From the human T2T-CHM13v2.0 reference genome, Homo sapiens, in NCBI RefSeq assembly GCF_009914755.1, contig NC_060933.1: a stretch of DNA of 64,000 nt. One strand, given 5' to 3'. The position numbers and the translations under genes are program-made. The notes under the pieces were generated by a model. It saw nothing but the letters and a program-made list of their open reading frames with translations. It searched no databases and was not told where the DNA came from. Positions 28,565 through 46,950 of the stretch are shown one piece after another (position 1 is the first letter of the stretch; every line of letters begins with the position of its first letter).

Positions 28565-31500
28565 GTTTTAAAGCTAGAGACAAACTTGGTTTACAAGTTT
28601 AAGTCACTATGAGTAATTAGCTTAATATTTAGATATCTTATATTCTTTAAAAGTCCATAAAATATGGGTTATGAGCTCACTAATAATATTATACTGATTA
28701 AGTAATATTTGCAACTCATTTAACACAATGCTTCACAGAGCGGGTGACTAAAATATGTCAGTGTTATCTTCTACTCTAGCAAATTCTTTTCATTTCCAAG
28801 AATGTTTTAAGACATTTTATGATATAAATCTACCTACAATAAAGTAGACAAGAATAAATTAAAATAAAATTTATGAGGCAAATATGCTAGTTATAAAAAT
28901 GTATTAAATTATGTGACTTAGTATTACATACAACTTTGAGCTCCCTGGCACCCAGGGCAAAAATTAATAAACAAACTTGATTTTATTAATTGGAAGAGGA
29001 TGAAAATATTTTTACACAGAAAACATTTTTCCCTTGATGTAATGTTCCAAAGGATATAACTCAGGGTCTTCTTTACAGGGAATATTGAATAATGTAAATG
29101 GATAATGCCTTGAAAAATGATTTTGTAGCTGATGCAGAAGCCGTCTGCGTATGGCTGTTCTTTGCATCAGTCCTCAATAAAATCCAAGGGCATGACTTTA
29201 AAGGGTAACAGGCTGATGATTATTACATTTTTATGGATGACTTAAGCATCTTTCTCCATTGTTGTATGAGAAGAGAGTCAAATGAGAGATCATCTGGCTT
29301 AGGGTATAACTGAAAATATCCCCCAGTAAAGAGAAGAATCCATGCAACACTTATAATTCTTCTGAAACTCTCCTATGTATAAGTTTGTACACATTGTCAT
29401 ATAGCAAAAAATTAAAATAGAGCACACTGTAATATTTTAGTGTGAATAAAATACATTTTTGCTCCGTGGTCCATGCTATCATGGAACGGAGACAATAATG
29501 ACCTTCATCTATAAAACAATCAGTTATACAATATACATCTAAATTACTAATGTGCTAAAATGATATCTCAGAAGAACTGAATACTAGCAAAATAAAGAAA
29601 ATTAACAATTCTGTAGTATTTATTTTGAGTGTCAAATTACTTGATAAGCATGTAAAATGTAGATTTTCAGAAAACAGGTTAATAATTGTCACTGGGAGAT
29701 GGTTGTAATGTAAGACACTTACACATTTAAATATTTATAAAATACTTTTTATAGATTTGTAAAGTATCTTTGTCCTGAATGTGTTTGCTGATTGTAGGAT
29801 GTATGATGTTTATAAATGTAACAACTTAAGCAAAGACATTTTAGTTCTGTGCTCATCCATATTGAATTGCAAATATTAGAACGATAGTGAGCATAATACT
29901 CAGAAATATTGTCAAGGCAGTATAAAACATTTGGATTATTCTAAAGTATCAAGACAATCATTCAAATTTCTATGCCTTATAATAGAGCTGAAAAAATATA
30001 TATGATCTCTGAAATTATGTATGAACTATAAGTCACGAATCTCTCGAACTGTGAAATTCAAAAAAAAAATTCAATACTTTCTCTGATTTCACATAACTAG
30101 TTAGTGGCAGAATCAAGAAATCAACTTGTTAGTTTTATCTTCTTGTTTATTACTCCAGAAATCCTCCTCCTTTGATAGATTGGTGTCATATGGACATTGT
30201 TTCTAGGGTAACCATACCCAAAATGTTGCTTTCAGACCTGATGAATTTTTTTTAGTTGTACAAAAAGAAATTGAATTAGATTGTACATTATATTTTTTAA
30301 AGATTTTATTGTTTAAAAATAGAAAACTGAGTAACACACACACCTGATGACACCAACATAAATACCTTCCTTTTCCTCGTACAGAGAGTTACAATCCCTG
30401 CTCCATCAAAGAAAACAACTGCAGGAGTTGTAGTCACCCCTCCTACTAGAGTTACCCACTAGAAACGTTGCGCTCCCTCTCACTGTTAGAAAATTGCTGA
30501 AGCTATGTCACAAGTTCCTGAACTCATTTTTTTTTCACTTGAAAAAGTATATTGAAAATAGTCCTTTACCCCATCCCTGGCTTGAGCAGATGTGTTCCTA
30601 GTAGTTCCAGGCAGAAGGCTACATTGGATTATGTCTGAGAATGAGATTGAAAGCTGAGCCATTCTGTGTACTCCTTCTGTGAGTGGGGGCAAAAATCATG
30701 TAGCCACCCTAAGCCTCAGTTTTCCACCTCTATAATGGAATAATATAACCTATCTGACAAGGTTGTTGTCAGGATATGCTAAGTACTTGGCAAAGTGAAT
30801 TAAATGTCACACACAGACAAATAAATTTGAACCATTATTATTGGACAAAATTTATAAATGTTTTAGTTCTGTATTATTACAATTGTAGACAAGATAAATG
30901 AGGTGACTTCTTTTTAATAAAATTTAATGGACTGGGCAGGTAACTTAACTTCAGTGGGAAACAGGGAATTTTGAGATGAAAAGAGCTCTTAGAATTATCT
31001 AGTTTCCTGGATTCTAAGAATTAGAAGGTACCCTAAAATGTTCTAGTACAACTGCCATTTGCAATTGTAGTAGCCCCTCAAATATTCCAAAAAAGTAGTA
31101 AAACTATCCTGTGTATGAAGCCTTCCAAAATAAAGAAAACTGCTATCTATAATATCTTTATACCTAAAACTCTTGACAGATTTGAATACTATTAAAACAC
31201 GCTTCCAAATATTAAAACAGAAATAGCACGAGTCCTAATTATTAGCAGGTGGCATCCTATGTTTATTTTTATTTTAAAAATCTTTTTCTGAATATCAAAA
31301 TAACACCCACTTTTGAAACATTTATTTATAATCCCATCTTCTAAAGAATATCATTGTTAATATTTTGGCATGTTTCTATCCATTATTTTTTCTATGCACA
31401 TTGTTGTCATTTAGATATCATATAACCTTAAAATCATTGTTTTTATTAATATTAATGATATTAAAGATTTTATCTTGTGAAAAAATTATATTATTTGAAT

Positions 31501-32330
31501 GCCAACATAATTGTTCATTGTATGAATCCATTGCTTCTATTGCTGTATAAACAAATTATTTATTTTTGTTACTATAATATCACTAGAAATATATTATTTA
31601 TACAAACATTTATCCATTGTGAAAATGGTAATCTTTTAATAGTCTCTGAGATTAATAATTAGCAGATCAAGGCTATAAATATTTTTAGGGCTCTTGATTT
31701 ATATATTGATAAATTGCTCCACAAATAATATAACAATTTAGTGTCACATTAAGAGTATGTGAGAGGAACTTTGCCACTGACGACTAGCCACACTGATCTT
31801 TTACTTGTATTAAAAAGTAACAATTATTTAATATTCCAAATCATAATTTTCCTTAAAAATTACCCTGTGATTTATATATTTTATAAAATTAGAAAAATAG
31901 CAGTGATAGCCAAGTTCACTGCACTAATTTTACCAGATACAAAACAAGAAATTCAAAGAGGTTACATAGATTACCACCTGTTACAAAACTAGACAGAGAC
32001 AAAACAAAATTGAAATTTAGGCCTACGCATTTCCAGGCCATTGTAACTAAATAAAGGATGCTCTGAATTCTAATTTGATTCATGAACCAATGTTTATAAG
32101 CCAACATATTTGTAAATTGTATCTAGACTGTTTATAGTAAAAAAAAGCTTACATGGGTTAACATCTTAGAACAAAATGGAAATGATGAAGGATGGAAAAA
32201 CTGCTGTAATGTAGATTGCTTAAAATTAACAGAAAAGTTTAAATATGCATACAATGTTGGAATGATGGATATAATTGGAAGAAAGAAAGATTTTGTATTC
32301 ATGGCAGAAAACAAACAAATAATAGTGGCC

Positions 32331-32600
32331 TTTGGGAGGCCAAGGTGGGTGGATCACCTGAGGTCGAGAGTTTGAGACCAGCTTGACCAACATGGTGAAA
32401 TCCGATCTCTGCTAAAAATACAAAAAGTAGCTGGGTGTGGTGGCATGCGCCTGTAGTCCCAGATACTTGGGGTGGCTGAGGCAGGAGAATCACTTGAAAC
32501 CAGGAGGTGGAGGTTGCAGTGAGCCAAGATTGTGCCACTCCAGCCTGGGCAACAGACGGAGACTCCATCTCACAATCAATCAATCAATCAATCACTAATG
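32331..32600 (+). mobile_element. 5'-truncated AluSp/Sq-like element with (CAAT)n tail
   Basis: Starts at TTTGGGAGGC; CACCTGAGGTCG(A)GAG and TGACCAACATGG diagnostics; flanked by AATAGTGG(C/T)C. Confidence 0.93.
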
Positions 32601-33976
32601 ATAATAATAGCAATAGTGGTCGAGATTGCTGGCGAGATAGCTGAATAGTAACAGCTCCAGTCTGCGGCTCCCAGAGAGATGGACGCAGCAGGCGGGTGAT
32701 TTCTGCATTTCCAACTGAGGTACTTGGTTCATCTCATTGGGACTGGTTGGACAGTAGGTGCAGACCAAAGAAGGCAAGCTGAAGCAGAGTGGGGTGTCAC
32801 CTCACCTGGGAAGTTCCAGGGGTCGGGGAAATCTCTCCCCTACCCAAGGGAAGCCATTAAGGACTGAGCCTGAGGAACAGTGCACTCCAGCCCAGAAACT
32901 GCGCTTTTCCCATGGTTTTTGCAAACCGCAGACCAGGAAATTCCCTCCAGTGCCTAAGCCACCAGGATCCTGGGATTCAAGCACAAAACTGAGCAGCTGT
33001 TCGGGCAGACACCGAACTAGCTGCAGGAGTGTTTTTATTTATTTTTTAATTTTTTTATTTTTTTCCCCACACCCCAGTGGCACCTGGAACAAAAGTTAGA
33101 CAGAACCATTCACACCCCTGGAAAGGGGGCTGAAGCCAGCGAGCCAAGTGGTCTAGCTTGGTGGGTCCCACCCCTATGAGGCCAGCAAACTGAGATCCAT
33201 TGGCTTGAAATTCTCACTGCCAGCACAGCAGCAGTCTCAGATCCACCTGGGATGCTCGAGCTTAGTTGTGGGAGGGGTGTCCACCATTGCTGAGGCTTGA
33301 TTAGGCGGCTTTACCCTCACAGTGTAAACAAAGCCACCTGGAAGTTCGAACTGGGCAGAGCACACCACAGCTCAGCAAGGCCGCTGTGGCCAGACTACCT
33401 TTCTAGATTCCTCCTCTCTGGGCAGGGCATCTCTGAAAGAAAGGCAGCAGCCCCACTCAGGGACTTATAGATAAAACACCAATCAACCTGGGACAGAGCA
33501 CCTGGGGGAAGGGGCAGCTGTGGGTGCAGCTTCAGCAAACTTTAATGTCCCTGCCTGATGGCTCTGAAGAGAGCAACGGACCACACAGAACAGCATTCGA
33601 GCTCTGCTAAGGATCAGACTGCCTCCTCAAGTGGGTCCCTGACCCCCATGTATCCTGACTGGGAGACACCTTCAAGTAGGGGCCAACAGACACCTCATAC
33701 AGGAGAGCTCTGGCTGGCATCTGGCAGGTGCCCCTCTGGGATGAAGCTTCCAGAGGAAAGAAGAGGAAGCAATCTTTGCTGTTCTGTAGCCTCTGCTGGA
33801 GATATCCAGGCAAACAGGGTCTCGAGTGAACCTCAAGCAAACTCCAGCAGACTTGCAGCAGATGGGCCTGACTGTTAGAAGGAAAACTAACAAACAGAAA
33901 GGAGTAGCACGTTCACTCAGAGACCCCGTACAGATGTCACCAACATCAAAGACCAAAGGTAGATAAATCCACGAAG

Positions 33977-34995
33977 ATGGGGAGAAACCAGCACAAAAAG
34001 GCTGAAAATTTCAAAAACCAGAATGACTTTTCTTCTCCAAAGGATCACAACTCCTCGCCAGCAAGGGAACAACACTGGATGGACAATGAGTTTGACGAAT
34101 TGACAGAAGTAGGCTTCAGAAGGTGGGTAATAACAAACTCCTCCGAGCTAAAGGAGGATTTTCTAACTCAATGCAAGGAAGCTAAGAACCTCGAAAAAAG
34201 GTTAGAGGAATTGCTAACTAAAATAACCAGTTCAGAGAAGAACATGAATGACCTGATGGAGCTGAAAAACACAGCACAATAATTTCGTAAAGCATGCACA
34301 AGTATCAATAGGCAAATCGATCAAGCAGAGGAAAGGATATCAGAGATTGAAGAACAACTCAATGAAATAAAATGAGAAGACAAGATTAGAGAAAAAAGAA
34401 TGAAAAGGAATGAACAAAGCCTCCAGGAAATATGGGACTATGTGAAAGACCAAATCTACATTTGATTGGTGTACCTGAAAGTGACAGGAAGAATGGAACC
34501 AAGGTGGAAAACTCTCTGCAGGATATTATCCAGGAGCACTTCAGCAACCTAGCAAGACAGGCCAACATTCAAATTCAGGATATGCAGAGAGCACCATGAA
34601 GATACTCCTTGAGAAGAGCAACCCCAAGACACATAATCATCAGATTCACCAAGGTCGAAATGAAGGAAAAAATGTTAAGGGCAGTCAGAGAGAAAGGTTC
34701 GGTTACCCACAAAGGGAAGCCCATCAGACTAACAGTGGATCTCTGCAGAAACCATACAAGCCAGAAGAGAGTGGGGACCAATATTCTACATTCTCAAAGA
34801 AAAGAATTTTCAATCCATAATTTCATATCCAGCCAAACTAAGCTTCATGAGCGAAGGAGAAATAAAATCCTTCACAGACAAGCAAATGCTGATTTTGTCA
34901 CCACCAGGCCTGCCTTACAAGAGCTCCTGAAGGAAGGACTAAATATGGAAAGGAACAACCAGTACCAGCCACTGCAAAAGCGTACCAAATTGTAA
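33977..34995 (+). pseudogene. Disrupted L1 ORF1p
   Basis: MGRNQHKKAENFKNQN... with stop at 34282 and frameshifts. Confidence 0.9.
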
Positions 34996-35058
34996 AGACC
35001 CTTGACACTATGAAGAAACCACATTAGCCAACAGACAAAATAACCAGCTAGCATCATA

Positions 35059-39117
<4,059 letters not shown>

Positions 39118-40125
39118 ACAATGAAAATACTTGGACACAAGGAGGGGAACATCACACGTCAGGGCCTGTCATGGGGTGGGGGGCTAGGGGTTGGATAGCA
39201 TTAGGAGAAATATCTAATGTATGTGATGGGTTGATGGATGCAGCAAACCACCGTGGCATGTGTAATACCTATGTAACAAATTGCACGTTTTGCCTATGTA
39301 CCCCAGAACTTACAGTATAATCTATAATCATAATAATAATAACAATGATAGTGGCCTAAATAACCTGAGGCCTAAGAGCAAAGCATGTAAATTCAACTAG
39401 TCATAAGATTCTGTTGTTGGTAACATACTTTGAAAATTATCCTAACTGCATAGTTATGTCAATATATAAATCTTCATACTAGTACTTACATAAATAAATA
39501 TATTACAAAAGTAAATTTTACATTTATATAGTGACTTTCAATTAGCAATACACTTGATATTTATTATATATAGATTCTCACTTAATTCTCAGAATAACTC
39601 TGTATTGTACCTGTTATGCAGATGACTATATTGAAACTCAAAAAGATAAATGCTCTACACAAGAGCAATCAGTGAGAGATTCAAACATGAAATGTTTACT
39701 CTACTGGAATATCTATCTCCATTTTCTTCTGTTTTAAAAAATACTTCCTTCTCTTCTTGTTTCCATTGGTTTAGCGTATAGGGTTGCTAAAGCTGACTCA
39801 AGATGTCATTTACTTGGAATGTCCCAAGTATGAGACATCTCATTCATTCAGGTATGTTAAAGTATCAGGATAAAGGTTAGCTTTATAATTCGTTCATCAC
39901 ATACTTATTGAGCACTTATTTTATGCATGATAATACTGCAGTAATTATTTAGAAAATTACAAAACATGTTTAAAATGTAAATCCTGCTCACATACCTGAT
40001 TAGCATAAATTTACATAAGAACATTGAACTCCAAAATATAAATTTGGGTGTTTATGTCTAACTTCGTGTGTAACTAGTTAAATGACTCAGGCAAAATATT
40101 ATACTTCTCTAACCCTTTATAAACA

Positions 40126-40413
40126 CAGGTGACTCTCCATATCCCTGAGATTTAGCCTACAACGAAAACATCTAGAAAAAATATATATCAATACAACAAC
40201 AAAAAACACATTTTTTAAAAAAGCACACTGTATAACAATTATTTGTATAGAATTTACATTGCATTAGGTATTAAAGTAACCTATGGAGGATTTAAAGTAT
40301 ATGAGAAGATGTACATAGGTTATATGCAGATACTATGCCATTTTATATAAGGGACTTAAGTATATTCACAGGGAGTCCTGGAACCAATCCTCATGGATAA
40401 CAAGAGATGATTA
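40126..40413 (+). mobile_element. MER2 (TcMar-Tigger MITE)
   Basis: ATTTACATTGCATTAGGTATT..ATAGGTTATATGCAGATACTATGCCATTTTATATAAGGGACTT..CCTGGAACCAATCC. Confidence 0.88.
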
Positions 40414-40624
40414 TAGTTTTAATATATATCTGTCATTCTATACTATATCTATTTGCACTATGGTATCTATATTATATGATTATATATTAAAATATTTATA
40501 TGTTTATATTTAATATGCATTTATATTTAGATATACATAAGAACATATAATTATACATTAAATATAATATTTTATAGTAAACATAACGGTTGTATATATT
40601 ACATACAGCATATACACTTATTTA

Positions 40625-40938
<314 letters not shown>

Positions 40939-41492
40939 TTAAAGCATAACGTATACATATAGTAGCTATAGCTACATATTTTATATATATTTACTATATA
41001 GAGAATGGGTAATTAGCAGTAAAAATAACTATTAGATGCTTTATTAATACCTCTTCTGTGGAGCAGATAATAGGATTTGGGGGACTAGTATTGAAAAGAG
41101 GAGACGGCATACGTTTTCAGTATCAGGCAGCATCAGGTTCGTTATTAATGCATTACCTAAGTAACACATTCAACAAACATATACTGGCTACCAATTATGA
41201 ATAAGCACTGGATCTGTAAGATTCATTTCCTCAGTTCAGAAAATTAACCATCCAGAGGGTAGGACAAATATTGCAACATGTAACACTGATGTTTCACTCT
41301 AATAATATTAACACATAGCAAATGCCTCTGAGATATCCAGGTTGAACATGCAGAGAAGAATATCACTCTAGAGCTTGGAGGGGGTTAGGCTAAATGATGA
41401 AGATCTGGGTTTTATTAACATTTTGGAGGGATGCTTAGCAGTGAGAAAGCTCAGGCAAATCAAAAGGAAAAAAAAAAAAAACACCATAAAAG

Positions 41493-42661
<1,169 letters not shown>

Positions 42662-43498
42662 AAAGTGTAGGGGAAACACTTTAGGAGTATAAGAAAAATA
42701 TGGTTTCACCAGGAAAGAAAGAGAGGAAGTGTTCTGAAAATAATAGAGGAAAGGAGAAAAGAGTGGGTTCATTGTAATCTAGGGTAAAGATGGTTTCACT
42801 GGTGATTCAAGCATCCAATTCAGTGAACGAGTTTTAATGCTCTGATCACTTAAATTTGATTTGACCAAAATCCCAATAGTTAAATTTATAAAAACCCAGC
42901 TTATTTTGGAGTGATTTGAATCTCAGTTCCACAATTTTCAGGTCACGGGACCTTGAATAAGTTAATTAAAACCTTAATCCCTTCAGTTTTCCCTCATCTA
43001 CAAATTAAGAATCTGTGTCTTTCTATGTGGTAGGGGCGGGAGCAAGGAGGGAGAAAGATTGAGAAAGACAGAGAGAGAGAAATAAATAGCTGGTGCTCAA
43101 TTAAACTGAAAAATCTGTCCTCATGTGCTTATGCACTAATACATTTTTTTTTCTAATTCCAGAATTCCCAGTGTTTTGAATCTGACATTTTCTAGATACA
43201 GCCTGAGAAATCCTAATGATATAAGCTAGGAGTATTCTCCGTATGGGTCTGAAGAGTTTTGCATTCCCAAGAGCAGTAGATGGGAGAAGTTACATGTGCA
43301 TACTTGCTCTTTCTTGATCTTCTGCATTCAAGACGTTTGCAGGCTTCTACCATCCTGCATTCTGTCTTTGACCTCAAATGCTTCGTTTTGTCCTCTCTGA
43401 GCTGACATGCACTAATTACATGATTTTGGAAATCAGCTCATATATTGGGGCTGAAACAGGGATTACTCCAAGTGCTATCACTGATGTTAAGGTATTGA

Positions 43499-43819
<321 letters not shown>

Positions 43820-46479
43820 TGTAGAAATATTTTTAGTGCACTGAGTGGGTGCTGAGAACTTAGAAGTGGAAAAAAGTATAAGCTCTCAAAGACCGAAGCA
43901 GAGCCTAAATATGACTCCTCTTGTCTCTCTCGGTACAGCTCTCTGATTTTGTCCTTGGTTATATGCTGCTCCAAAAAAGGGAACAGGAGTAGCGGGTGCT
44001 ACAAGTGGAAAAAAAACTGTGAAATGTTAAAAAGGAGGAATTTTGATGACACATAAATCTTATATAGACTGTATTTCATTGTTCTTCATAGAAGACATCT
44101 ATGTCTGACCCATATGATGGTTCGGGCAAACTGATATGAAAGATATAGATAAAATTTCCCAACGTTTTATAGTGAAACTGGTCCTAAATGTTCTGGATCC
44201 CATAGGGTTACGGTTGCTTACATAAAAAAAAATGTGTTGGCACAGTAATATATATGACCTGTTGTTGGCATGACCCATTGTGTGTGATGAGGAGGGTGAC
44301 AGAAGAGAGCAACCAGAGGATGACAGAGCTTCTTTTGCTGAGGATTAGAATTTAAACATAACCAATATGATAGCTTCATGTGTCCCCCAAAACATAAAGA
44401 ACAAGATTTTGTGAATCCCTGCTCTGTACATTTCCCAGGGAAGGAAACAGAATCATTATATTTCAATCTTGCATTTGATTTTTCTTCTGTAATATAGATG
44501 AATCCTGAGGGATTTACTGAGTGTTTTTCTCCTCTTATTTCCAGGACTGTCTGACAGGTGAAGGAGAGAGAGTCTGTCAAAGCATAACATTTGAGAGGTC
44601 AGATTGAGACAGAACAGAATTCATTCTTCTGACAAAGATATAACAAGACAGAATGGATTTTTAGTTGTCCCTAGCAGATATCTCTATAGTGCAACATATT
44701 AGACCCTTTTTAAAGAAGTGTGGAAGAAAAAATAAGACATATGAGGAGAAAAGTTATTCTCTAAGAATAACCACCTGATTATAAAATGTATAAAGAGAGG
44801 AAACATGAAGTTTGTCCTTAAAGAAAATATTATTCATACTGTCTTGTCTCTGCTGACATAAATATATACAATTCAGCAGAAAGAAATGTAAAGTATACGG
44901 ATGAGAAAAACCAGATAAAAGGAAAGTAAGGGTGGGTTGTTTTTAGTTGGGAGCTGGGGAGTAAACCATAAACTTCAGAGCTTGAACTAGGTCCCAAATT
45001 TTGCTCTAAGCTTTCTTGAGGCCATTGAAAAACAAGTGTAGGACATTTATAAAATCTACAGAATTTATAACATGAAAACCAACTAATTTTTCTAAATATA
45101 CACAACTATTTCTGATACTGGTGCAAAAATTTCTTTCAAGGTTGAATCAATATTGAGGGGACATAAGAAATGTTATGGACAGCATCTTAATCATAATACT
45201 GTACAGAAACACATTTTGTCAGAATATCACATGGCCTATCTCACAGAGGCCAATTGCATATCTGAGTCTGTGGCAGATGCAGCCCTGGCTTTGAGTTTGG
45301 AGAGAAAAAGCCTCAGGTGTTTGTTTGGGAAAGGTGCTTTGATCTTTTTGAGTCTCGGTTTCATATCTGTTAAAACAAGAGGAAGGATAATTATGTCTCC
45401 TGGTATAAAGATGGTCTAGCTTGTTCCAAGGAAGTAGAATGCATATGGTAAAGGTTAGTTTCCTCCCCCTATAAAGTCCTCTATAAAATTTTGCTACACA
45501 AAAGCATTGCATTAACATTGTTATATTTCATTTAAAATATTTTTGTAACCAATTTGCTTTAATGAGGTTGTAAGATTATATGTGAACTGTCTTTTGCAAG
45601 GAATACCCCCTTGTACATTTCCAGCACTCAATCATGCTGAACTCCAGGACTGAGGGACCTTCTGAGGCTGCCTTACTTTTGTTCTATGCAAAGAGCTTGG
45701 CAACCATGGAAACAGTCCTGACTGCTCATTTTGCACATTTCTTCCCTAGTGTGTTAATCAGCCACAGCAAGAAGATAACATCAAATACCCCATGCCTGCT
45801 CACTTTATAAAGGAAACTACTCTGGCTTCTTCCTACTACCTTTATAGAGATCTTAAAAACAGAAAGGTAACAAAACATGTGATATGTTTTATATTGATGC
45901 AACATTTCTCAGACAGAAGCTACCTAAACTCAGAGAGGCTATTTGGAGGCTGGCACAAATTCCAGCTGAAGTTGTGGGTGTTTTGTTTATTTGATCTGAA
46001 AGTGCTATTTGGTGTGATTTCACATAGTGGGATTCAACATTACTTTTCATTCCCCGGCAGGTGAATAAGCACTGGACTGTGTGTAATAATACAGAGAAAA
46101 GAAGGCATTACTATTGAACAGTATGTAGGTACCACATAGTATTTTGACCAGTTGAATATAGTTTATGGTGGGAAATAGGAACCAAAGAGGGGGCTGCAAG
46201 TAGCTAAAGGAAGGAAAACAAAGTCCTTAAAATAAAAGAAGGTAAAACCAAACAGTGAACAATAGATTGTCTTTCTTTGGTTTAACCATATTCTATGTTT
46301 GTGATAATAATTTACTTATTTTCTTTATAAGCATATGCATTTTAAATATATACATGTTTTACATATATAAATGTATATGTAAAGATGATATAAGTAGACA
46401 TTTCCAGATTCACAAAGATTTTATAGTCTAGCCCCTAGAATTCCCATCTAAAAAACAAATGGCCATTTATACATATATA

Positions 46480-46950
46480 AATGTGTAAAACATAGATACA
46501 TAGATAGATAGATAATGGATTTTTTCTAAGGTTGAAACTTATGTGAATGGAATTACACTGTGTGTATTGTTTTGTGCCTATATCTTTTGTTTAACATGTT
46601 TTTGGGATTCATTTGTTACATAGTAGTTGTAGTTTGTTCCTGTTCATTGTTGTGTAGTATTCCATTAATGACTACATTCCAATTTATTCATTTTAATGAT
46701 GACCATTTCAATAGCTTCCAAGTTGAAGCTCTATGAACAATGCTGCTCTGAGCATTTTTGCTCACATCTCCTTGTGCAATAATCACGAATGTCTTGAGGG
46801 TACATATCTGGAGTTGAATTGTTGGGTCATAGAAAATGAGCATCTTCAAATTAACTAGCTAATGCCAAACTGTTTTTCAAGGTGCTTTACCAATTTACAC
46901 TCACTGCAGGAATGCTTGAGGATTCTTATTGCTTCATGTACTCACTAATA
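46480..46950 (-). mobile_element. Ancient L1ME/MD-type 3' fragment
   Basis: GTAGTATTCCATT, TATGAACAATGCTGCT, AATGCCAAACTGTTTTTCAAGGTG motifs. Confidence 0.7.

Noticed and set aside
40420-40620. AT-rich quasi-palindromic tract (similar tracts at 19455-19528 and 52280-52335)
   Set aside because: Low-complexity TA-rich sequence; self-complementarity is expected by composition
45695-45714. RFX-like GGCAACCATGGAAAC motif
   Set aside because: Single imperfect motif with no supporting context
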